DNA of 64,000 nt from Lingula anatina (lineage: Eukaryota; Animalia; Brachiopoda), in NCBI GenBank assembly GCA_051362555.1, contig CM120640.1:33251967-33315966 (forward strand), written 5' to 3'. Below the pieces are notes generated by a model. The model searched no databases, was not told where the DNA came from, and saw only the letters and a list, made by a program, of their open reading frames with translations. A program made the translations under genes and the position numbers. This document shows, piece after piece, positions 44,260 to 64,000 of the stretch (within the stretch, counting starts at the first letter, position 1; each line of letters opens with the position of its first letter).

Positions 44260-46140
44260 AATAGTAGTGTTTCATGGTCCTGTACCCAGTATGCTTTATT
44301 TTAAAACATGTCAATCTGACTCATTTTTCAAACCTGTTGTACTGGTAAAAGGTATAATTAAGGTCAGGATAAGAAAAAATAAGCGTAAATTGAATTAAAT
44401 TAGCATCCAGACAAAGTTTGATTTACACTGAATAAAAAGATGATGTGATTTATTGACTGCAGCCAGAGTTATGTCACAAAGATGTTGTATATTAATATTC
44501 ATTACCATATACTCTGCTGAAATTTACTAAGTATTACTGTCATGTATAACGTACCTAGCATAACAGCGCTCATGATTTCTCAAGTGACTGGTGATAATTG
44601 TCATATTCTAAGAATCATCAAGTAGAGTGCCAAATTTACAGAATATTGTCATTTCCTTTGATAGTTTTTACTCTGGTGTTTAATCACATTCATATGGGAT
44701 TATTAGATAACAGATGATAGATGCAGTGTTTCCAATCACATATAATTGATATCATTACTGTTGGTTATTCTCTTTGAGGTTTTCATATAGAAGAAATGTC
44801 TTACTCAGTTATCAATATAAATTTTTAGTGGTTTAGTTGGTCTTTCTTAATTTAATTAATTTTTTGACCACTGATAAAGAAGTTAATGGTTGTGTCCTTG
44901 TGTGCTATATGGTACTCCGGCCTGTAGCCAGTAATTTTATTATTTTGAAAAAGTGGAGCTTTTACTTATTGCTATCAACTTTTACTTATCCCCCCCCCCT
45001 CTCCCCCTTGGCTACGGGCCTGGAATTACATGCTTGATCAAGAATTCTAAATTGTTGGGGATGTTATATTTACATCAGGTTCCATTATGAGCATAAACAT
45101 CATAAAAATAATATATCCACCAGTTTTTAGTACAACAAATTTCATGTTTAAACATTGGAGCACAATTGCTTGTCATTGCTCACAATTGTATTAAAATATG
45201 TTTATTTTTGTAAAATCAGTGATAAAATGTGTAAATTTATATTTCTAATAAAAGATACAATGTTTTCAAGGTGTTAATTTTCATAATCTGAATTTCCTTT
45301 AGGAACTCATTTGGTTAACAGTCCCATTATTAATGCACCAAGAGCTTCTGAGGTCATTGGAAACTTGCCATTATTGTGAAGTATGTGGGAAAAGTAGAGA
45401 CATGCTGATAGAGGAGACGTGGGTTTCCATTGTCCTCAAGCTGTAAAACTCATATCAGTGGTGTATTAAGGGGGTGTCAGGGGGGTTCTGACCCCCCCCC
45501 CCCTTGATTTCTGAAAAAAATAACACCAAATTAGAATTTTGACTAGCTGAATCATAGTCCGTAACTGTACCAAATGGCATTGTTTGCCCTCTACAAAACA
45601 AAATTTTCAGGCTCCTTTACTGGGCCCTGAACCCAACAAGGGGGGGGGGGGGGGTCGGCTTGCTTCCAAGGACCCACTGATGTAAAACAAACTTGCCATG
45701 AAAAGCACATCCAATTATCACAACAAACACATTGTGAGTTATCAGCTGCAGATCATTGCAAATTGTCTACTGCACATTTTCAACTACATTGAAGATCTTA
45801 ACACTCCTGGTATGCATACCTTTGTAGCAAGTGACCATGTAGATTTTTGGTACTCTTCCTTATCGATTTTCAAATGACATTAAAAAAAAAATTCACTTTT
45901 GCTACCCAAAAAGTCTTAAACATTATAATAGTTGTATTTTCAGTAAGATTTTAAAAAGTGAGAATGATGCTTTTTTTAAACATTTTTCAGAAGGGGAAAC
46001 TATAGAGGGGGGGCAGGGGAAGTAATAGATGTAATTGACCTGCATTCTACAATACAGGGCAGTGATTATTAAAATACAAATCATTTGTGCTAACATCAGC
46101 CCTAACACTTAGGCATGGCCTTGCTCTACACATCAATGTA

Positions 46141-46314
46141 CAGGCCCATAGCAAGCAATTTTAAAAGGAGTGTTTTTTTTCTGAAAAAGTGGACCTATTA
46201 CCACAAAACCTTCGTGTACCTAGATAAAATTTTACCCAGCGGGTACCTTTTCCCGGCAAAATGGGGGGTTCTTTCAAACCTCTCGAACCCCCCCCCCCCT
46301 CTGGCTACAGGCCT
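46141..46314. mobile_element. CAGGCC-ended MITE-like element (related copy at 44918-45022)
   Basis: caggcccatagc ... ggctacaggcctg ends; shared internal aatttt..gaaaaagtgga and a poly-C tract in both copies. Confidence 0.55.
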
Positions 46315-46467
46315 GATGGCCAGGCCAGACAGACAGGAAGATGATGCCAAGATTATGTTGTCTGAGCCCAGTCTTTAATTAAGGCAGCTGAGGGATTATC
46401 TTCGCAATGCCGTGGTATGTTGCCATGCCAGATTGTGACCAAACAACTTGACCAGACTGCTGGCTTA

Positions 46468-46682
46468 GACCCCATTTCCAGAGATTAGATTGATCTACTT
46501 TAGATCGACCTAACTCCCTGGGGGTTCACGCTAAATAGCTATCAGCCGAGCAGACACGAAAGTTAATTACCCCCTTACAGCTTGTAGTAGGCGGGAGGGA
46601 CATTTAACCCGGATTATCTGACAGTAATCTAGTGAGACTCCCCGCGGGGATAGATCGATCTAAAAGCTCTGGGAATAGAGCC
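46468..46682. mobile_element. MITE family A, copy 3
   Basis: Same internal sequence (gggggttcacg...gtaggcggga...atctagtgagact...ggggatagatcgatcta); TTA on both flanks. Confidence 0.75.
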
Positions 46683-46691
46683 TTAGACATG

Positions 46692-46873
46692 GACAGCATT
46701 CAGAACAGTGGACTAACTAGTCTGCAGATCAAATATGGCAACCCACTAAAAAGCTTGCCATCTTATCTGCCCATAGACACTGAATATCAGAATAGATTCC
46801 CTGTGGGGAAGTATTCAAGTGGGTCGGCCATAATTGACCCGCGGACTAGTTAGTCCACTGTTCTGAATGCGTC
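46692..46873. mobile_element. MITE family B copy, abutting family A copy 3
   Basis: Perfect outer TIR gcattcagaacagtggactaactagtc / gactagttagtccactgttctgaatgc, extending imperfectly to ~50 bp. Confidence 0.75.
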
Positions 46874-47492
46874 AATGGTCTTCCTCTACACAGGAATGCT
46901 ATAATGATGCTTGGACAAATAATCTGCTTAATATTTGTCCAAGAGTGATGCTAGACAAACACAAAAATAAACCTAGGATTATGTTGTCTGAGACAAGTCT
47001 CAAAAAAATTAAAAAAACAGGGATATACTCTTTGCAGTGTAGATGTGTGTGGCCAAGTTTGATAAAACTGCTTGCATTAAGACTGGGTCCCTCAAACCAT
47101 GGCGCCCAAACCACATGCTGCTTCAGCAACACAATATTAAAATATATAATTTGCTGAGTTATTCTTGGAAATAAAAGATATCAAATTAACTTACATTAAA
47201 TGGAACTCTTTTCTGGAGTTCATGCAATTTAAATGACCAGTGTGTGTCATCAATCATCCACTAAGATTAAAACTTTACTTATTCCCTAATGATGGCCATG
47301 TATATGTATCAGTTGTTTTGGTCCCCTGCACCAGACCTATTTAGTAATTCCGGTTTTAAATATCATCTTGGGATCCAGCTCGCAAATCGGTAGTTTTGTT
47401 GAAAACTGCAAATTGATATTCTGGTGTCTTACAACATTGCTCTTAATCAATAAGGAAAAAAAAACTCAAAGGTATTGTCATATAAAACAAAT

Positions 47493-47498
47493 TTTATT
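47493..47498 (-). terminator. Candidate poly(A) signal for GRK, implying a ~4.5-kb 3'UTR
   Basis: TTTATT on + (AATAAA on -) at the left edge of a long, exon-free stretch with 3'UTR-like strand composition. Confidence 0.4.
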
Positions 47499-50400
47499 TG
47501 AGTTGATTGAAACTTCCGTAACATGACACTATAATGGAAGATGACTGCACAATGTATTACACAAGTACTCTACAAGACTTAATAATAATAATATTAATAA
47601 TAGATAAATAAAACAACAGTACAAAAATATTGTTCCATTCATTCAGTTTGGTTCCAGCTCTATGTTATGACTGCCTTTCAATATTCTTTTTAGAAACTAA
47701 CCAAATAGTGGCATAACAGTTCTTACTTTCAGTGAGAATAAAAAAAAGACCCAGGACATTTTAATATTACGCACATACCATAACCCTATATTGTTTAGCC
47801 AGCTTAATGGTGTCGCCAATGCCTGTACACTATACCCAATCTCCAACACAATTTATTTGCAGTTATATTTTTTTTGTTAATCAAAACTACTTTGAATGTT
47901 AATCTCATTACCATCTCAATATTAATTTCTGATTTTTTATCTTTTTTTTCATCAATAGTGTAGCAGCTAGTTGAACTGACAAGCAACTTTTACTTCTTTT
48001 TTTTCCACAGAAGTTGAGATTATATTGAAACAGAACCCTAATCATGAGCTGACTTTACGTCATAACATTTGCTATGATGGCCCAAGGCAAACCTCTGTTC
48101 CTAGAAAAAATTGCAAAGTGCTGAAAAATATAAACTGAACTGAATATCTTTCATAATTTGTATGGTTATACAAGAACACAAGATTGTATAATTATCGAAA
48201 CATGTACACGTATGTTCTGAATGAATATAAATAACACAATAATTCTCAATATTACAATACTACAGAATAAATAGATTGATTTAAAACACTACTTATCATA
48301 CATAAATATACCTAATAACACCTAGATGAATTGAAAGCAAAGTGACCTGCCTTGCTTTATCCTCATCCCACAAATACCTTGCTTTGTACAATATTAGCTA
48401 CAATGTACTATATTATCAATGTGGTTTAACTGCTTCCCAATAATTAAAAAAAAAAAAAAAGAGTTGATATACTCCTATTTGGAAAATTTCTCAAATCTTC
48501 TGAGGGTTTTCATACAAGTGTCCACAAAATAACTATTACACAAAAGTTGCACATATTTATCAATGGATATTTTTACTCTACCAAAATCATAATCTTGCAT
48601 TGCTATAATATTTTGTGTATCAAGAAAGTCTACAATATTTTCATTTTTGTCTGTAAAAGGGGACTGTGTTATCAGACTAATTTTCACCGAGACAAAACTT
48701 CATTCAAAAGCACGACTTCGGATCCAACAACCATGTACTGTATTTCATGACTATAAGTGAAGCACCTTATCCAATTCTATGGCTCATATATTAGTATGTT
48801 TTGGCAATGCACAATAGGCAATGGAAAAGCTCTCTTACATGTTGTTCATGCTTATATTTATTAAGATATAGCTGCTCATTATACGCATGTACAGCTAGCA
48901 CTGCTAAGTTGACCAGTTAGACTCTGCTATGAAATAAGACAGTGACAACAAAAAAGCATAAAATGAGACAAAATCAATATATTCGGTATTAATATTTGGG
49001 TGCATGGCTAACCTTTATTTTGCAAATTTTACAAAACACCGAAATATATATTATCAAGATTGTACTTTGCTGAGTGTTTTCAAAAGGCGAGGCTGAGAGT
49101 TTTCATCTGTTTGTACACGAAGCTACAAAGATGACTGTCTCAGTTTTCTTACAATTATTCAATTTTGTAATAGCATCGAGTATTTCATATTTTTTTACTA
49201 ACAATTTAAATATTCAAGTCTCACTAATAGACTGCAAAATGCACTTAGCTTAGAAGACAGGTTGATCTCTGTAAAAGTCACCTTATCTAATATAATGTTA
49301 TGCCACAATCCCCAGTAATGGAGTACACTGGATTTCAGTGGGTATAATGTACCTTAGGATTTGTGTTTTGGGGTATAGCTCCTGGTGATATCCAACCATT
49401 CAATTCATACTTATTATAACATGTTTTTGTATTTTGCAATTCACAATGCTACTTCGTAATGCACAAATTGAAACATTTAGATATATAAAACTGGTAATGA
49501 TATATCTTAACAACATCTCTCTGTTGACACTTACACTTTTGAATTTACTGAAACACCAAAAGGATTGAGAATAACATCAATATAAAGAGTTGGATCTGTT
49601 TTCTCTATTTTCCTTTCACAATACATAACTACAATATTTAGTAAATCAAGAGAATCTACAATATTTTCAACTTTGTAAAAATAATGTCCCAACAAAGAAG
49701 ATGGGGTTATCAGACTTATTTTGACTAAGAGAAAATAAGCTGCCCTTTCTTCTCATATTAAGTTAATTGAGTCCCTTCCTCCTTTGCACCTGAGCTAACT
49801 TTTACAAAGACAACCTATGCAATACCTCTTTCATGCAAAAATAGCACTACAAATGAATTATAGAAAATATAACATTTGCTTGCTTATTCAAATTAAGTTT
49901 GAAATTATTCAACTTTATGAATAATGTTCCATACATAATTTTTAAAATTAGTACCTATAAGGAAAGCACCAGATATTCAATTATAACAATTCCACCCTTA
50001 TATTTACTATGGAGGACGCTCAACAAATTGAACACTGATAAGCAACTCCCACAGTGTGAAGACACACTGGTGAATTGTGAATCACTGTCATAACTAATAA
50101 GCACCAGTTTAAAATCAGTTTTGATAAATATCCAAAAGAACAACCACCATTGCAAAATTATAGCTACAGCCTTCACAGATGAAGCTAAGTTATGGATAAA
50201 TTTAAAGGAAATCTGAAAACTAGGATTTCAAAAAGTTTTGGATGATTGGGACTATTTTCGTTAAGTTTTCCTTCTCTTTTTTAAACATAATTTATGAATA
50301 AAAGAAAAAATAAATAACATCATACAGATCTAAAATCTCATTGATCAAGTTCTCAAAAGTCAATCCATATGAATATTAGCCAGCAAAAGCTGGCATATGT

Positions 50401-52146
50401 ACAGCCCAGCATAAGAATCAAGTCACTAGGTAATAGCACATTTCAGAAAATACTCAGAATTGACAAAGGACAAGGCCACAATGCAAACTAAACAAACAGT
50501 TTTATAAAAAGGCGAAACTTAAGAAATATTTATTTGATGAAACCAACTCTTAATTTAGCTTAACTTGTATTTTAGCCCAAATGCTTACGGCAGGTATGAA
50601 AGAAAATCATTTTTCCAGATATTCAACAAGTAAAATTGCAATACAGTTTAACACATGCCAGAAATCATGCATGCAATAAAAAAGTAAATGAATGAACGAA
50701 CCAGGGCTTCTCTGCATTGACCTCAATTGTGATCTAACTGATTACAACAAGTTGTAAACAATTAAAAATGTCTACTTCCAATATAATCCCATAGCAGCAT
50801 TGTAACAAAAGGGAAACACATGGTAATGATTACAAAAAGTGGCGGGATAAGGTTAAAAAAAAAATTAAAAAAAAAACAGGTCTATTCAAGGCAATGATAT
50901 CCATTTTAATCCTACAGGTGACTTCAGCAAGATTGAAGTAAATGGATTAGGAGTTTATTAGACATTACTGAGACAATGTTGATGCAAAAGCTGAAAAAAG
51001 CCATTTTTAATCCATACACTGCATTTTTGTCTTTAAAGGAAACTCAAATTTGCTATAGACAAAACGGCGACTTTGAGATTTCCATCTCAGGTGATGCAGA
51101 CATGACGATGATGGCTATATGTCCAGTTACTACTGTGACTGCACATAAAAATAAAACTGCACTACTGATCAAACAAACTTTTCACAAACCTTTGAAGTTG
51201 CCTTGTGAAAAGTTTTCTGTGTTTCAACAGAAATTAATAAATAACAAACCCTAAATTATTTTTATAGCTGTTTAACTGCCATGATGCCAAATCTTTCTCT
51301 GTCTTTGACAATAACATTTAGTATTTTACAAAGGCCTTTTACTCATAGCAAAATATTCAATTATGAAGATACCATACATAATATAAATTGTACTTACGTC
51401 TCTTGACAAGATGAATAATTTAGTTATTACAAGTAATTTTCATCTACCTACCTTACCTACCAAGAATCAAACCTAATAAATGGTAACACATTTATACTAT
51501 CTTGATATCTAGTGTGCTATCATTGATCATTAGAGAAACAATACAATATAAATGAAATGGTACATTCATTAGGCATGGGAACTTGCCTCACTAAACACAC
51601 AGATAACAGATAAAAAAAAAAAATTGTGCCATGGAAATTGTTCCACTGTATAATACTTTGACTTCATGGTTTCAGAGCTTCAGATCCTCCTCCAGTGGCG
51701 TCAATGTGCCCTCCACTTCTTCCACCATATTTGCCAATGGCGTATTATACCGTTTGATCCACAGTGACATCTAGTGTTGAACAGCCAATGTTCTTGTTCT
51801 TTGGTGGCCTCTTCTGCCCCTAAGAATAACCCTCACTCAGTGGGGGGAAGAGATGGCCTTCTGGTCTGATTGTGCAATAGTTTTAAAGGAATAAATAACA
51901 GTTATAAACACAAACATCACATAGTCTCCGTTTGAAATGATAGGAGTAGACAGACGCGGGTGCCTGAGTGATGTGCAATATAATGCTCCATGGTTGGTTC
52001 GACAGGGTTTATACTGGTATGACTTCAGGAGTACACGAGTGCAGCATGCTGGCAATGCATGGAATGGATGAGCACAGGACCACATTCATATAGCCAGTGT
52101 GTCACAGGTTTAGAGATCAGAAACAACAGCACTTGGGTGTCAGATG

Positions 52147-61582
<9,436 letters not shown>

Positions 61583-63775
61583 CTAGAAAAGAAAATACAC
61601 ATTTCAATGAATTTTGAAAAAAAATAGTTGTGTAATAAACCTTGTGATTTAAAGGTACAATATGGAATGAAAATTTTTACTTATAAATAACACACTTTTA
61701 GGAATTTAAGAATTCAAGAAAAAACTTTATGGTTCAGCCAGTTCAGTCTTAACTTACTTTTCTCATACTTCTTTGAAAAATGTTTTTTATTTTTTTTTTT
61801 TTTTGCAACATAAGTTTTTTTTTATTGTGTGACTGTTTCACTTTTCCATGCTTGTGTATTCTATTTCCACACCTGAGACCAGAACATAGCATGTAAAAGC
61901 ACATGTAACTTATGTAAGTCACTCCCATCTCAAATATCAAACTTGCCACTCTGTATTTTAACAAGCAAGCAAATTGTTAAAAAGAAGTTTACAGCAGGCT
62001 AGATACAATTGTACATCCATAATTTGAGCATTTACAAATAAATTGTATGCAGTTGTAATATGTAAAAAAAATGGTGATCTAGCCTGAAGATGAGACCACC
62101 TGTTTTTACTGAGTAAATTTTTTAGTCATCCTGTAGAATTAATTCACAATGGAACTATACCACTATTAGGGACTCTAACTGAATGCAATCAGGGCCCCAT
62201 CCCTCGAAAGCATCGCGTATTGCGAATCGCTATATCAAATAGAGGCTACAATGGGACGAGTATGGGCAAGTTATGGAATCGAGACGTTTGCGCAACATAG
62301 AGAACCTTTCAAGATACAGGGCCCAGATTAACATACCTCCTCTTATTTACAACTAACTCTTGTAATCACCAGCTTTTCTGTATTCTACTCAACAGCAGGA
62401 GCAGGTGTGTTTATCTGTTAATCTGATTGCATTCAGCAAGAGTCCTTGTGGAGTTAGTTCCAACTATCTAGTACAATAGTTTCATTGTAAACGTACCCTA
62501 AGAATCAGGAATGTGTATCAGTTGGATTCTGAAATTGATCTTCAACAACTAACCAACGGTCAGCATCTAGTGAAAGGTCTTAAGTTTAGACCACAACATG
62601 GGCTTGTCATTAAACATAAGTTCTAGAATCCAGCTGATACATATGCATAACATTTTTCAAAGGAAAAAAAAATCTGATAAAAAGAAGTAAGAAATTCAGG
62701 GGAGGGATTGAGCTTTTTTTTAAACCAACTTTTTTGTGAAATCGTGTGTGTGTGTGTGTGTGTGTGCCCACATAGTCTGCTACTCTAAAAGGACACCCAG
62801 TATGTTGATTGTCCAGAAAAAATGACAGCCTGGTGATGCTGCGTGCTGATTGGCTTAGAGTTGCTGATGATTGACAGCCAGTGATAGGTCAATGGTCGCA
62901 CAAGCATATTATTTTGGGAAAGCAAAAGCTCTTCTTTCCTCCCAATCCTGACAAAGATGTCATCTGAAAGATCCTGTATCATTTTGTAATATACCTTTTG
63001 CTGCTGAAAACAGCAACAAATGCCAGTAATAATTACTAAGTAGCATTTTCTTACCACCTTGAGGCTGTTTATCTATAATTTATATCTAAAAATAACACTG
63101 GCAAGGGCATAACTTATATTTAGTTTTGACCCTGTTAAAAATCCAGATATACTTCAAACTTCCCTTTTTCCAAGTAAATGTGAAAATGAACTTATGTTAT
63201 AAGGAGTGCCCTTAATTTTGCTGCAATTTTTGCACAAGTCTTGTATAAATTTAGATAATTAGGACAATTCAGACAGAAAATTAAGCAATCACGTATGGAA
63301 AATCTAAATTACAATAACTACATATACCACATATGGGTAGAATAAACCACCTTGTTCATGTGAACCCACGAAAGGGACAAAATTGCTGAAGAAAGTGAAG
63401 GTGTTGTTAGAACTGCGTGCATGCCGGTAATGATGTCAAGCTAAGCACCAGGTGCTGACGTCAAATAGCACAGATGACATCTCCATACACACACACATAC
63501 AGGCATGTCTTCACTAATTACAGATCACACAATGCCAGAAAGTAGAGTGTTAAAGGTACAATATACGTTCTTGGCACTATTCATACTTTATTTCAAACGT
63601 CACAGCTTCCTTGTTAAGACGACCTTTTGATCTCAAACTAAAGTTAACCAAGGACACTGCTATACACCAGTGCCTCTCACTTAAGCAGAATAATCCAAGT
63701 CTATTCAACAACTTTTACTTTGTGTTTGACTGAGATTGGATAAAACTGATTCATCTGTATACCTGCCAAACCTTC

Positions 63776-63776
<1 letters not shown>

Positions 63777-63848
<72 letters not shown>

Positions 63849-63859
63849 AAAAAAAAAAA
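63777..63859. repeat. poly-C, (CA)n and poly-A compound microsatellite
   Basis: Direct read. Confidence 0.9.
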
Positions 63860-64000
63860 TCGTTTAAACATGTCAATTGATACTCAGTTCTAACTCCAAT
63901 ATTTTCAGGTTTATGACCATTTGGTAACACACCCTACAAAATACAAAGATACCAAAATAAACCATTCAATCCTTATAATTACAGAGTACACTTGGTCCTT

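Noticed and set aside
47500-52100. Short ORFs in this long AT-rich stretch
   Set aside because: No motifs or exon chains; best explained as GRK 3'UTR or intergenic DNA.
62785-63057. 90-aa ORF with a CCC motif as a possible alternative GRK first exon
   Set aside because: GTG start, no homology and no convincing in-frame 3' donor.

Overview
AT-rich, intron-containing animal genomic DNA, probably a lophotrochozoan such as a mollusc (inferred from protein and repeat style; the species cannot be determined). I assembled seven protein genes by hand from GT-AG exon chains: PRRC1 (-), a GT10 alpha-1,3-fucosyltransferase (+, single coding exon), cofactor-dependent phosphoglycerate mutase (-), SRP72 (+), an atypical clan-26 (CYP16/CYP120-like) cytochrome P450 (-), alkylglycerol monooxygenase AGMO (+) and a GRK4/5/6-type kinase (-, 5' end outside the window). 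Six of them form three head-to-head pairs. The first ~8 kb is a diverged local duplication with nested MITE and Helentron-like insertions. Main leads: (1) a tandem-duplicated, apparently mutually exclusive 96-nt exon pair in AGMO, swapping a His-containing catalytic segment across a 54-nt intron; (2) an anchor-less P450 lacking the I-helix Thr, divergently paired with AGMO around a cluster of nuclear-receptor half-sites; (3) a bacterial/protist-type PGAM with a candidate 54-nt cassette exon; (4) alternative GRK C-termini, including a Cys-containing 31-nt exon; (5) a U12 intron in SRP72. All exon boundaries were read by eye and need RNA-seq confirmation.
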